Assembly: GCA_965227515.1 (NCBI GenBank)
Contig: CBDDFZ010000001.1
Coordinates: 832,001-896,000, forward strand
Length of the DNA: 64,000 nt
Direction: 5' to 3'
From: Alphaproteobacteria bacterium
Lineage (GTDB): Bacteria > Pseudomonadota > Alphaproteobacteria > CALKHQ01
Part shown: in pieces, positions 1 through 9,780 of the stretch
How the letters are laid out: every line of letters begins with the position of its first letter
How positions within the stretch are numbered: position 1 is the stretch's first letter
Position numbers and translations under genes: made by a program
Notes under the pieces: model-generated
What the model saw: the letters and a program-made list of their open reading frames with translations, nothing else
Databases searched by the model: none
What the model was told of the DNA's origin: nothing

Positions 1-86
1 TCGTGGGAGAGGGCGGGCCCCAAACCTGACCTTGGGCCGGCCTTCGGCCGGTCCCGAGGGCCGCTAGGTTTGGGAGGGTGAGGGGG
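1..86. repeat. Partial GC-rich palindromic intergenic repeat (family C, GGGAGAGGG...GGGTGAGGGG type)
   Basis: GGGAGAGGG at 5-13 and GGGAGGGTGAGGGGG at ~72-86 with nested hairpin GGCCGGCCTTCGGCCGG; same motifs as 35177-35292; truncated by window edge. Confidence 0.6.
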
Positions 87-94
87 ACAATACG

Positions 95-1039
95 TTACGC
101 TGCGGCCGAGGTAGGCAATTGTGCCTGGACCTCGACGTTGTCCGCTTCATCCTCCACCGACTCGTCTAACTTCAGTTGCGCCCGTTTCAGTGACCGCAAG
201 TGGCCATGCAGCGCCTCGGCGTCGTAGCCGTGCATCATCAGCCGGAAGCCGGTCTGCAGGCTGGGCAGCGGCACCAGCGGATGGCGGTTCTTGACCAGCG
301 CCAAGTGGTCGCCGGTGCCGAGAATGCGCGCGACGTAGATCGCGATGGTCTCGTCGAGTTGCAACGAATTGGCCGCGCGCTCGAACCCGCTGCGGCTGAG
401 CAGCAGCAGGTAGAGCGGCGTGTAGAGCTCGATCGCGGTCTGCACGTCGATGAATCGCCACCAGCGCTTCGGCGGCACCTTGAAGTCGAATGCGCCATCG
501 GTGATCGCCGAGAAGTTCACCCGGTCCGCAGGCACGATCTCGCGCTTTTGCGCCTTCAGCCCGGCGTTCAACTCGATGATGAAGTTGTAGAGGTTGAGGT
601 CGTGCTGGACGAAGGTGTTGCCGAGCAGGTCCTCCAGACCGCGCGGGCGCAGCGGGTGGGCCTGGATGTCGACACCCGCCACGTTGTCGCGGATGAAGCC
701 CAGGATCTCGGTGCCGACGTGGAAGTGGCGCAGGATCAGCATATTGGCTTCCGGCGTGCCGAACGCCTTCAGCCCCCAGTAGATCAGCCGGTGCAGCAGG
801 CGCGGTGCCTGCGGCCAGCGCGGCATGATCCAGCGGAACACGTGGATCAGCACGAAGAAGGTCAGGATCAGCGGGCGGACAGCCGGCAGGAACCAGCGCC
901 GGCACCAGCTCGCATTGCCTGAGATCAGCGCGTGCTTGGCCTGTGCGTCGACCGGCAGGCTTTCGTCCAGGGTCAGGGCCAGCCAAGGGTCGGGGTCGGT
1001 GCGGTCGAACCCGGCGATGCCGCTCTCGCGATCAGACAT
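95..1039 (-). CDS. Uncharacterised protein, third gene of the KAS III/diiron operon (possibly DUF6999-like; His/Glu-rich, one N-terminal hydrophobic helix)
   Basis: 314-aa ORF with high-GC codon usage, start overlaps the stop of 1032-1724; motifs RHFH, QHD, LDE, NRHP, MHG..E.LH. Confidence 0.7.
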   Translation of the reverse strand: MSDRESGIAGFDRTDPDPWLALTLDESLPVDAQAKHALISGNASWCRRWFLPAVRPLILTFFVLIHVFRWIMPRWPQAPRLLHRLIYWGLKAFGTPEANMLILRHFHVGTEILGFIRDNVAGVDIQAHPLRPRGLEDLLGNTFVQHDLNLYNFIIELNAGLKAQKREIVPADRVNFSAITDGAFDFKVPPKRWWRFIDVQTAIELYTPLYLLLLSRSGFERAANSLQLDETIAIYVARILGTGDHLALVKNRHPLVPLPSLQTGFRLMMHGYDAEALHGHLRSLKRAQLKLDESVEDEADNVEVQAQLPTSAAA

Positions 1040-1724
1040 TGTCGATCTCCTCCAGCTGCAGCACGTAGAGTCGCGCCGTCACCTTGGCGGTCTTGACCAC
1101 AGCGGCCGCGGTCGCTTCATCGGTCACCGCCTCGCCCAGGGCCGCCTGGAACTCGCCCATGTGGTCGCCGTCGTGGGCGCCATGGTGGAGCAGGAAGCTC
1201 ACCGCATCGTCGCCGAGGCCGAGCTGGTCGCGGATCGCCTCGCCCCACGCCTGTGCCTTGTGCGCGCCCAGCCCCTCGATCACGAACATCGCGCCCAAGA
1301 GGTCGAACGGATCGGGGCGGGAGGCGCGGTGATACATCCAGGCGGACAGCGCCTCGGCCCCGATGTTCTTCGGCGCCGCGCGGATGTCGTCCAGAGCGCC
1401 GCCGACCGCGACGTAGTTGTCCTCCAGCATGCGGAAGTCGCGGTGCTCGGTCAGCGCGTGGCGCAGGAAGCGGGTGCGCAGCGTGCCGCGCACGGGGTCG
1501 ATGTTGCTGGCCGCGCGCGCGATCCAGCCCGCGCCCTCCACCACCTGCTGGCGATGGTTGCGCAGGAACGCCAGATAATCGGCACGCCTCAGCGCGCCGC
1601 GGTTGAGGCGCTCGATCAGCGGCACCCGGTCGAGCGCGGCTTCCATGTCGGCCCAGACCACCGCCAGCCCGCGCATGAGGGCAGGGATCGACGGTGCGGC
1701 GCACTTCTTTTCCATATGAGTCAT
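1032..1724 (-). CDS. Heme-oxygenase-like (iron-containing redox enzyme / HDO) protein
   Basis: All-helical 230 aa with spaced ligand-like motifs VVEG, HALTEHRD, FVIEGLG, HHGAHDGDH. Confidence 0.75.
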   Translation of the reverse strand: MTHMEKKCAAPSIPALMRGLAVVWADMEAALDRVPLIERLNRGALRRADYLAFLRNHRQQVVEGAGWIARAASNIDPVRGTLRTRFLRHALTEHRDFRMLEDNYVAVGGALDDIRAAPKNIGAEALSAWMYHRASRPDPFDLLGAMFVIEGLGAHKAQAWGEAIRDQLGLGDDAVSFLLHHGAHDGDHMGEFQAALGEAVTDEATAAAVVKTAKVTARLYVLQLEEIDNV

Positions 1725-1725
1725 C

Positions 1726-2874
1726 TCAAACCACCGTCAGCAGCATGAACGAGACGATGCCGCGCCCGCTCTCCGGCACCACGCACAGGATGCGCTGCCC
1801 GGCCTCGAGCGCGCCGGAATAGAACAGCTCCTCGATCATGATGAAGAGGGCGGCGGCCCCGGTGTTGCCCTTGGTCGCCAGGTTGGAGAACCAGCGCTCC
1901 TCCGGGACCATCGCGTCGGTGGCGCTGAGCAAGCGCACCAGTTCCTCGCGCAGCGAATGCGCGGAGTAGTGGCAGAGCTTCCAGTCGATGGCGTCGGGCT
2001 CGATATGGCCGTCGTCGACCGCGCGCAGGTACTCGCCGACCCAGGCGCGCATCATCCGTTTCAAGAGCGCGAAGTCCTGCAACAGCATGACCGCGCCGTC
2101 CCGCGCCGCGTCTGCAGGGCTGGCATAGTGGCTCCACGGCTGGCCCGGCACCTCGGCGCTGGCCGGCGCGCGGCCGGCGTACATGCAGGGCTCGAACCGG
2201 TCGGCGAGCGAGACCAGGCTCATCCAGTCGACCCTGAGCGACGGCCCGTGCTCGTTCGGCGTCGGCTCCATCACCAGCGCGCCGGCGCCGTCCGACAGCG
2301 TCCAGCGCAGGAACTCCGCCGACATCCGCGTGGCGTCGTCGGCCAGCACGGGTGCGGCGTCGTGATAGAAGCCGGGCTGGAACCAGCGGCTGGAGAACTC
2401 GCTGCCGGTGACGACGGCGGCCTGGCGCTCGCCCGCGCCGACCATCAGCGACGCCATCCGCACCGCCATCATCGAACTGGCGCACACGCTCTGGAAGCTC
2501 GCCACTTCCAGGGCACCAATGCCCATCTCGGCCCCCATCTCAGCATGAACGGCACTGGCATGCCCCGGCACCAGGGCATCGCCCTGGGTAGTGGCGGCGG
2601 CCAGGAAGTCGACCTCGCCGCGCGCGACTTCGGCCCGGCCGAGCGCGGCGTTGGCCGCCCGCGCCGCCATTCCGGCATTGGTGTGGCACGTCGTGCCGTC
2701 CGGCTTGATGGCGTAGTGGCGGGTGGCGATCCGGTTCTGGCGCAGGACCATGCGGCCCAGCCGTTGCGAGCGGTCGTCTATCGCGCCGATGTAGTCGATC
2801 ATGCGCTCGTTCGTCACCGGCGCGCCGGGCAGGTACCTGCCGGCCGCGGTGATGTAGCAATGGGTGTTTCTCAT
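1726..2874 (-). CDS. 3-oxoacyl-ACP synthase III-like condensing enzyme (DarB/StlD-like)
   Basis: YLPGAPV N-terminus; Cys-His-Asn triad (SVCASS, LCHYSA, KGNTG); LSDGAGA; ATG at 2874 with GAGGA RBS. Confidence 0.85.
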   Translation of the reverse strand: MRNTHCYITAAGRYLPGAPVTNERMIDYIGAIDDRSQRLGRMVLRQNRIATRHYAIKPDGTTCHTNAGMAARAANAALGRAEVARGEVDFLAAATTQGDALVPGHASAVHAEMGAEMGIGALEVASFQSVCASSMMAVRMASLMVGAGERQAAVVTGSEFSSRWFQPGFYHDAAPVLADDATRMSAEFLRWTLSDGAGALVMEPTPNEHGPSLRVDWMSLVSLADRFEPCMYAGRAPASAEVPGQPWSHYASPADAARDGAVMLLQDFALLKRMMRAWVGEYLRAVDDGHIEPDAIDWKLCHYSAHSLREELVRLLSATDAMVPEERWFSNLATKGNTGAAALFIMIEELFYSGALEAGQRILCVVPESGRGIVSFMLLTVV

Positions 2875-2890
2875 GCCGTCCTCGACCAAA

Positions 2891-2939
2891 TGAACAACGT
2901 TCAGTTTTGCCATATAGGTATAATTGAACGTTGTTCAAT
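2891..2939. promoter_or_regulatory. Pair of TGAAC-N3-GTTCA palindromes, probable TetR operators of the KAS III operon
   Basis: TGAACAACGTTCA 2891-2903 and TGAACGTTGTTCA 2925-2937 (exact reverse complements) flanking an AT-rich promoter segment, downstream of a TetR gene. Confidence 0.7.
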
Positions 2940-3011
2940 AACGGAGCCGCGTCAGGCATGAGGAATTTTCGTGGCCGAATGGGGCAGCGATAGGAGCGGC
3001 CCGGGGCCGCC

Positions 3012-3632
3012 TCAGAGAGCTGGTGCCCGGCGGGCGGCAAGACCGGGCAAATAGGCCTCGATCAGCGCGTCGATCAGGCTGTCGACGCTATCCTCGCGAT
3101 GCATGCCGCCCTGGGCGGCGAGGATGCAGATGCCGTGCAGCGCGCTCCACAGCACGCGGGCGTGGCGGCGCAATGCCGCGCGTTCCGCCGGGTCGTCGTC
3201 GGGCCGGAAATATCCCGCGATGGCCCGCTCGGCCAGCGCCAGCGGGCGCTCGACCTTTTCGCCGTACCAGTCGGCAAGCGGCAGGTCGCGGGTGGAGGGC
3301 GCCTCGATCACCGCACCCCAGCGGCCCGGGTTGTGTGCGATGAAGGCGACGTAGCGCCGTGCCAGCTCGCGCAACTGCTCCTCGGCCGTCTCGCCCGCCG
3401 GGGTTGCGGTCAGCGCGGCATAGAGGTCGTCCAGCGTGCGCGCGTTCGCCCGCGCGATCAGCTCGTCGAGGTTGTCGTAGATGTTGTAGAGGGTGCCGAT
3501 GGTGTAGCCCATGCGCTCGGCGACCGCGCGGGCGGTGACGGCACGCAGCCCGCCCTGTGCCGCCAGCGCGGTGGCGGCATCCAGGGCCAGATCGCGTTTC
3601 TGTTCCAAGGTGTGGTCGGACCGGCGGGCCAT
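3012..3632 (-). CDS. TetR/AcrR family regulator with WHG-type C-terminal domain
   Basis: N-terminal HTH (TARAVAERMGYTIGTLYNIY) and LWSALHG motif. Confidence 0.9.
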   Translation of the reverse strand: MARRSDHTLEQKRDLALDAATALAAQGGLRAVTARAVAERMGYTIGTLYNIYDNLDELIARANARTLDDLYAALTATPAGETAEEQLRELARRYVAFIAHNPGRWGAVIEAPSTRDLPLADWYGEKVERPLALAERAIAGYFRPDDDPAERAALRRHARVLWSALHGICILAAQGGMHREDSVDSLIDALIEAYLPGLAARRAPAL

Positions 3633-3760
3633 GGGACTCCTTGAAGGCGATGATGCGCCAGCCTAGCCGGTTCGGCCTGCCGCCGTCACTGTTGGCCGCA
3701 TCGCGGCGGCCGAAAACGAAACGGCACGGCCGAAGCCGTGCCGATTGTTGCCAATGCGCA

Positions 3761-3849
3761 GTCTGTGCCAGCCCTCTCCCCCACCCGGCCACCCAGCAAG
3801 CATACTGTCGTTGGGTGGCCGGGTGAGGAGAGGCCCGATGCGGACTTCA
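3761..3849. repeat. Family A ~90-bp hairpin repeat, copy 1
   Basis: GCCCTCTCCCCCACCCGGCCACCCA / TGGGTGGCCGGGTGAGGAGAGG arms; six more copies in window. Confidence 0.85.
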
Positions 3850-3860
3850 ATGACTAGAAC

Positions 3861-5921
3861 CTATCCGGCGCGCACCTTGGCGACGAAGGCATCGACCTCA
3901 TAGGCCAGGGTCTCGGCCTGCTGCGACAGGTCGGTCGCGGCCTCCACCATGGTTCCGGCGGCTTGCCCGGCGTCCTCTGCCGACATGCTCACCTGGCCGA
4001 TGTTGTCGGTCACCTCCTGGGTGCCCTGGGCCGCGTCCTGCACGCTGCGTGCGATCTCCTGGGTCGCCGAGCCCTGCTCGTTCATCGCCGCGGCGATCGC
4101 CGACGCGATCTCGCTGACCTCGCCGACGGTCTGTCCGATCGCGCGGATCGCTTCCGCCGCATTGCCGGTGGCGCTTTGGATCGAGGCCACTTGCTGCGAG
4201 ATGTCGTTGGTAGCTCGCGCGGTCTGGTTGGCCAGGCTCTTCACCTCGCTGGCTACCACCGCGAAGCCCTTGCCGGCCTCGCCAGCGCGCGCCGCCTCAA
4301 TGGTGGCGTTCAGGGCCAGCAGGTTGGTCTGCTCGGCGATCTCGCCGATCAGGCGCACGACCTCGCCGATCTCCTGCGCGGCGTCGACCAGACTGGTCAC
4401 TTCGGCATCGGTCTGCTCGGCCTTGCGCGCACCTTCCGCGGCGATCTCCGAGGCGCGGGTGACCTGGCTGCCGATCTCGGTCACCGAGGCATTCAGCTCC
4501 TCGGTGGCACTGGCAACCGTCTGGACGTTGCCGCTCATCTGCTGCGCCGCGGTCGCGACGGAGCCGGAACGGTTCTTGGTGTCCTCCGCGTTGCCGGCGA
4601 CCGATTCCGCCATCGCCTTCACCTCGGTGAAGGCGGCGGCCACGGCGTCGACCACGCCCTTCACCGACGACTCGAAACTGTCGGCCAATTCGGTGACGGC
4701 ACGGCGGCGCTCGGCCTCGGTGCGCTTCTCGGCCTCCGCCTGCTCCGCGCGCAGGCGATCCATCTCGATCATGTTGTCGCGGAACACGACCACGGCGCGC
4801 TCGATATCGGCCACCTCGTCACGCCCGGTCGGCTGCTCGATGCCGATATCGGTATTGCCGTCGGCAAGCTCGGTGACCGCCGCCGTGACACGCCCCAGCG
4901 GACGGGTGATGCTGCGCACGATCACGACGCACAGAAACGCCGTCACGACAAGCAGCACGGCCGAGAGCCCGAGCTTGAACACGACCATCTCATTGGCGGC
5001 GTCCTCGAGCACAGTGGCCTCGTGAGACAGGTCGCCGGCGACATGGTCCTCGACCTCTTTCATCAGGTCGATCTTGCCGGTCATGGCCGCCAACCACGCC
5101 ACAGCCTCGACGCCGCCGGTGTGGCCGACCTCGACGCTTTCCAGTGCCGCTTGCCGCATCGCCTCGACCTCGCCGACGACGGGATCGGACATGGCATGCT
5201 CCATGTGCTCGACTTCGGCGGGCAGCGCATGGGTCACGAAGACATCCTGGAACGTCTCCTGCATGGCGATCAGGCTCACGAAGTTGCGATAGAGTGCCGG
5301 ATTGAATTCACCGGCCGCGAACCCAGCCGCGCCCATCGCGCGTTCCTGTCCGGCCCGTTCCTTGGCCTGCAGATAGGCGGTGTACGCCGCGATCTCGTTC
5401 AGGACGGTCACGTCGCTGGCGAGCGCCTTCATCGACTCAACGATGTCCAGGAGGTCAGAAATCGTTCCGGTGTAGTAGCCCGCCATCTCCGGCACGGTCG
5501 CGGCGGTGTCGGACACGGCACCGCGCATGTTGTCCAGCTCCGTCAGCCGGGCCATTGCAACGTCGATGCGACGGGCGAACTCGGCGTCGTAGCCATCGAA
5601 TTCGAACGCCGCGAGCGCGCCCTCAAGGTTGGCAATCCGCTGATCGGTCGCGTCGCGTTGCCCCGGCAGGCTGTCGGCAAAGCTGGCGCCGCCGCTACTG
5701 ATGAAACCGGCGGACATGCCGCGTTCCTTCTGCAGCTCGTGCACGACCTCGCTGACGCTGGGCGCCAGATCGGTCAGCTTATGAAGACGCGCCATGCGAC
5801 TGGATTCGCTCAATGCGTCCATCACCTGCATGGCTGTGAACACCAACATGGCCAAGACCGGGACCAGGATCGCGACCGCGATACGCGTGCCGATCTTGAA
5901 CCGGGACAGTACTTTCGTCAT
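3861..5921 (-). CDS. Methyl-accepting chemotaxis protein with periplasmic NIT (nitrate/nitrite-sensing) domain
   Basis: TM1; VHELQKERG and [13 protein letters not shown] motifs; TM2, HAMP; [34 protein letters not shown] signalling hairpin. Confidence 0.93.
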   Translation of the reverse strand: MTKVLSRFKIGTRIAVAILVPVLAMLVFTAMQVMDALSESSRMARLHKLTDLAPSVSEVVHELQKERGMSAGFISSGGASFADSLPGQRDATDQRIANLEGALAAFEFDGYDAEFARRIDVAMARLTELDNMRGAVSDTAATVPEMAGYYTGTISDLLDIVESMKALASDVTVLNEIAAYTAYLQAKERAGQERAMGAAGFAAGEFNPALYRNFVSLIAMQETFQDVFVTHALPAEVEHMEHAMSDPVVGEVEAMRQAALESVEVGHTGGVEAVAWLAAMTGKIDLMKEVEDHVAGDLSHEATVLEDAANEMVVFKLGLSAVLLVVTAFLCVVIVRSITRPLGRVTAAVTELADGNTDIGIEQPTGRDEVADIERAVVVFRDNMIEMDRLRAEQAEAEKRTEAERRRAVTELADSFESSVKGVVDAVAAAFTEVKAMAESVAGNAEDTKNRSGSVATAAQQMSGNVQTVASATEELNASVTEIGSQVTRASEIAAEGARKAEQTDAEVTSLVDAAQEIGEVVRLIGEIAEQTNLLALNATIEAARAGEAGKGFAVVASEVKSLANQTARATNDISQQVASIQSATGNAAEAIRAIGQTVGEVSEIASAIAAAMNEQGSATQEIARSVQDAAQGTQEVTDNIGQVSMSAEDAGQAAGTMVEAATDLSQQAETLAYEVDAFVAKVRAG

Positions 5922-6190
5922 CGAGATATCAACCTTTCCGCAACGTCGGGGAGGCGTCTGCACCTACGCTGGCTGCACACCGCGCGGCATCGCCAATCCC
6001 TGGAACACATGCGGGGCGGACCATCGCTCAGTGGCCTCACTCCCCCATCGAACGGGGGTCGTATCACTGGGCCGGTTAAGGACTGCCTAAATAATAGTCA
6101 AACGAGCACTGCGTGGTAATACGAACGACCTCTCTGACACGGTAAAGTTGGCTATTGCTGCGGGGTATACGATCAATGCGTGTATCATGA

Positions 6191-6220
6191 ATTGGGGCGG
6201 CCCCTGATTGCCGCCCCAAT
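6191..6220. terminator. Hairpin downstream of the OmpA-family gene (possible terminator)
   Basis: ATTGGGGCGG-N10-CCGCCCCAAT inverted repeat. Confidence 0.5.
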
Positions 6221-6255
6221 GAATGCTTGCGGTATGGAAGTCTTGAGTGGGTCCG

Positions 6256-7233
6256 TTACTTCAGCACGAGTTCCACTCTGCGGTTCTGGGCCTGGCCCAG
6301 GTCGCTGGCGTTGCTCGCCATCGGTGCTGCCATGCCCACGCCGACCGGGATCAGCATGCCGGCATCGACGCCGTAGCCGCTGGCAAGCGCCTGGACCACG
6401 GCCTCCGCGCGCTGCTGCGACAGCGCGAGGTTGTAGGCGACGCCGCCCTGATTGTCGGTGTGGCCGACGACGATGAACTCGGCGTCGGGCCGGGCCTGGA
6501 TGTGCGCCGCCATCTCGGCCAACTGGTCGTTCGCCTCCGGGCGCAGGACCGCGCTGTCGAACTCGAACATGATGGCATGCAGCGCGACATGGCCGGTGGC
6601 CGACAACTCGTCGGCGATCTGGGCGCTGTCGATGATCTGGATGTTGATGTCCATCGCTTCGAGCTCGATCAGGTCCAGCTTGGCATAGGTATAGCCGCGG
6701 GTGGGGCCGCCGCTGTTGTTGTTCGCGGTGACGTAGAGCGACAGATAGACCTGGTGCTCGCCCTTGTTCAGCACCGCGGCGACGTAGCGCTGTTCGCCGT
6801 AGTTGTCGCCCAGGCCCTCCACATAGGGGACGGCGGCATGGTTGAAGTTGCGCCCGCCGCATTCCTCGGCCGCGCACTGGTAGATGATCTCGAAGCCGAG
6901 CCCGTCGAGCGCCAGCACGTAGTTGCGCATCACCTCCAGCGGCGACCGGTCCTCGGGCAGCAGGTAGGTGATCTCGGTGACCTCGCCTTCCAGCGGCAGG
7001 GTGTGCTGCAGGTTGTCGTTGATGCCGCCATAGGCCGTCGCCGCCTCGAACAACAGGTGATAGGCATCGTATGACGCATGGTCGTAACGGACGATCTCCG
7101 CGCCTTCGTACCGCGGAAGGATCGGGTGGTCGGAACTGCCGGCCACGTCGGCCGCCATCGCGCCGGCGGTCGCCGCACCGCTCAGCACCAGCCCGGCCAG
7201 AATGGCCGAGGTCTTCATCGCACGCTTGGACAT
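6256..7233 (-). CDS. OmpA-family peptidoglycan-binding protein with DUF4892-like N-terminal domain
   Basis: Signal peptide, DVAGSSDHPILPRYEG, SPLEVMRNY; C-terminal VGHTD..G...YNLALSQQRA and NRRVELV; AGGAG RBS before ATG 7233. Confidence 0.88.
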   Translation of the reverse strand: MSKRAMKTSAILAGLVLSGAATAGAMAADVAGSSDHPILPRYEGAEIVRYDHASYDAYHLLFEAATAYGGINDNLQHTLPLEGEVTEITYLLPEDRSPLEVMRNYVLALDGLGFEIIYQCAAEECGGRNFNHAAVPYVEGLGDNYGEQRYVAAVLNKGEHQVYLSLYVTANNNSGGPTRGYTYAKLDLIELEAMDINIQIIDSAQIADELSATGHVALHAIMFEFDSAVLRPEANDQLAEMAAHIQARPDAEFIVVGHTDNQGGVAYNLALSQQRAEAVVQALASGYGVDAGMLIPVGVGMAAPMASNASDLGQAQNRRVELVLK

Positions 7234-7439
7234 TGACCTTCTCCTGATGAGGGTAGTGTCCATGGGTGTCGCGGCGGGCAGGCGCGATGTTCAATCGCTG
7301 TGCGGGACGCTGGCCGGGCGCGGCGGCCAGTTTCTCGGCGCAGATCGCGCGCCGCCTTGCCTCGGGGCCGGTTTTTCGGCACTGTCCGCGCGGTTCCTCA
7401 CCGTAGCCGACCGATGCCCCAACACGCCGGAGACTTTCC

Positions 7440-8849
7440 ATGGCCGACACCGATTTCGACGTCATCTACATCGGGGCCGGCCCCGGCGGGTATGTCTCCG
7501 CCATCCGGGCCGCCCAGCTCGGGCTTGAGGTCGCCGTCGTCGAGAAGCGCGGTGCGCTGGGCGGCACCTGCCTGAACGTCGGCTGCATCCCGTCGAAGGC
7601 GATGCTGCAATCCTCAGAGCTCTATGCCGAGGCGGCGCACGGGCTGGAGGCCCATGGCGTCAAGCTGGGCAAGGTCACGCTGGACCTGAAGACCATGCTC
7701 GCACGCAAGTCGAAGGTGGTGAAGGACCTGACCAAGGGCATCTCGTTCCTGTTAGACAAGAACGAGATCGAGTGGATCGAGGGCACCGGCAAGATCCTGG
7801 AGCCCGGCAAGGTGCAGGTGACCGACGACGACGGCGAGACCTCCACCATCACCGCCGATTCCATCGTGATCGCGACCGGCTCGGAATCGACGCCGCTGCC
7901 GGGCGTGGACGTCGACGAGAAGCAGATCGTCACCTCCACCGGCGCGCTGGAGTTCGACAAGGTGCCGAAGCACCTGGTGGTTATCGGCGCCGGCTATATC
8001 GGCCTGGAGCTGGGCTCGGTCTGGCGGCGGCTGGGCGCGGAAGTCACCTGCGTGGAGTTCCTGGACCGCATCACCCCCGGCATGGACGGCGAGATCGCCA
8101 AGGCGTTTCAGCGCGTGCTGACCAAGCAGGGCATCAAGTTCAAGCTGGGCACCAAGGTGACCGGCGCGAAGACGACCAAGACCCAGGTGACCCTGACCCT
8201 GGAACCGGCCAAGGGCGGCGACGAGGAGACCCTGAAGGCCGATGCCGTGATGGTGTCGATCGGCCGCCGGCCCTACACCGAGGGCCTGGGGCTGGAGGAC
8301 GTCGGCGTCGAGATGGACAAGCGCGGCGTGATCCAGGTCGACGAGGCGTTCCAGACCTCGGTCGAGGGCATCTACGCCATCGGCGACTGCATTCCCGGCG
8401 CCATGCTGGCCCACAAGGCCGAGGAGGAGGGCGTGGCGCTGGCCGAGATCCTGGGCGGCGAAAAGGGCCACGTGAACTACGACGTCATCCCCGGCATCGT
8501 CTACACGTGGCCGGAGGTGGCCTCGGTCGGCAAGACCGAGGAGGCCTGCAAGGACGAAGGAATCGAGATCAAGGTCGGCAAGTTCCCGTTCACCGCCAAC
8601 AGCCGCGCGCGCGCCAACGCCGACACCGACGGCATGGTCAAGATCATCGCCGATGCCGAGACCGACCGGGTGCTGGGCTGCCACATCATGGGGCCGGACG
8701 CCGGCACGATGATCCACGAGGTGGTGGCGGCGATGGAGTTCGGCGCCTCGTCGGAGGACATCGCGCGCACCTGCCACGGCCACCCGACGCTGAACGAGGC
8801 GGTCAAGGAGGCCGCGCTGGCGGTCGACGGACGGGCGCTGCACATCTAG
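7440..8849 (+). CDS. lpdA: Dihydrolipoyl dehydrogenase (E3 / glycine cleavage L protein)
   Basis: GAGPGGY FAD motif, GGTCLNVGCIPSK redox disulfide, GAGYIGLE NAD motif, HPTLNE. Confidence 0.97.
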   Translation: MADTDFDVIYIGAGPGGYVSAIRAAQLGLEVAVVEKRGALGGTCLNVGCIPSKAMLQSSELYAEAAHGLEAHGVKLGKVTLDLKTMLARKSKVVKDLTKGISFLLDKNEIEWIEGTGKILEPGKVQVTDDDGETSTITADSIVIATGSESTPLPGVDVDEKQIVTSTGALEFDKVPKHLVVIGAGYIGLELGSVWRRLGAEVTCVEFLDRITPGMDGEIAKAFQRVLTKQGIKFKLGTKVTGAKTTKTQVTLTLEPAKGGDEETLKADAVMVSIGRRPYTEGLGLEDVGVEMDKRGVIQVDEAFQTSVEGIYAIGDCIPGAMLAHKAEEEGVALAEILGGEKGHVNYDVIPGIVYTWPEVASVGKTEEACKDEGIEIKVGKFPFTANSRARANADTDGMVKIIADAETDRVLGCHIMGPDAGTMIHEVVAAMEFGASSEDIARTCHGHPTLNEAVKEAALAVDGRALHI

Positions 8850-8886
8850 GGTGTTTGCTAGGCGCGTCTGGCACGGAGGGATCGAC

Positions 8887-9762
8887 ATGACGATGGCAAG
8901 CAGCGCAGGCCGATGGACCGGTATCTCGATGGCTGCGGCCTTCGCAATGTTCGCCCTGGCGCCCGACGCCAAGGCCGAGACCTACTATTTGGTCTGCGCG
9001 AACGGCGGCCAGATGCAGATCGACATCTCGGACGACTTCGCGACCGCGGAGGCATTCCACAACAACACCAGCAGCGGCCTGCTGGAGCGCGTGCCCACCG
9101 CCAATGGCATGCGCTATGGCTACGGCGCGTTCCAGGTGTTCCTGAACGGCCAGTTGACCGAGGCCCAGGTCGACTGGAACGGCCTGGAGACCACTTGCGT
9201 CCGCGACACCGGCACCACTGGCCCGTCCTCGAATATCGAAAGCGCCAACAGCCAGAACGGCAACGCATCCGGCAATGCATCCGGCAATGCCTCGGGCGGC
9301 GGCGCCAACCTGCCGCGTTGGACCGACGACGGCACCTACGAGCTGGAAGGCGGGGAGACGGTGTCCGCCGCCTCGGTGACCCACCAAGGCGTCATTCTCG
9401 TCGCCAGGTGCACCCCCGGCGGCAGCACCGTCGGTGTAGAACTCCTGGCGACCGGCGACTTCGCGCCCACCTGGGACGCCGTCATGGTCGATGCGACCGC
9501 GGGCGACGATCCCGACACCTTCGTGGCGTTTTCCGGTGGGGCGATCGGGCCGTTCGGGTCGAGCTTCGCCGCGTTCGACGGCAGCGTCGGAATCTCGCCG
9601 GCCTTTGCCGTGGGCAGCCCGGTGGTTTCAGGCCTGATTGTCGAGTCCGCCGTCACCTTCACGTTCAAGGATCAGTCCTGGAGCTTCCCGCTCGGCGGAT
9701 CGAAGGCAGCCATCTGTGCCGCGTTGGCCCGCTGCGGCCTGTCGCAGCCCAATTGCGTCTGA
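8887..9762 (+). CDS. Secreted hypothetical protein (MliC-like N-terminal domain, GNAS linker, beta-rich C-terminal domain)
   Basis: Signal peptide; Cys-bracketed domain with LERVPTANGMRY resembling the MliC S.SG.RY strand; GGAGG RBS. Confidence 0.6.
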   Translation: MTMASSAGRWTGISMAAAFAMFALAPDAKAETYYLVCANGGQMQIDISDDFATAEAFHNNTSSGLLERVPTANGMRYGYGAFQVFLNGQLTEAQVDWNGLETTCVRDTGTTGPSSNIESANSQNGNASGNASGNASGGGANLPRWTDDGTYELEGGETVSAASVTHQGVILVARCTPGGSTVGVELLATGDFAPTWDAVMVDATAGDDPDTFVAFSGGAIGPFGSSFAAFDGSVGISPAFAVGSPVVSGLIVESAVTFTFKDQSWSFPLGGSKAAICAALARCGLSQPNCV

Positions 9763-9780
9763 CGTAGGGTCCGCCGCGCC

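Noticed and set aside
3963-6119. 718-aa plus-strand ORF
   Set aside because: Antisense shadow of the MCP
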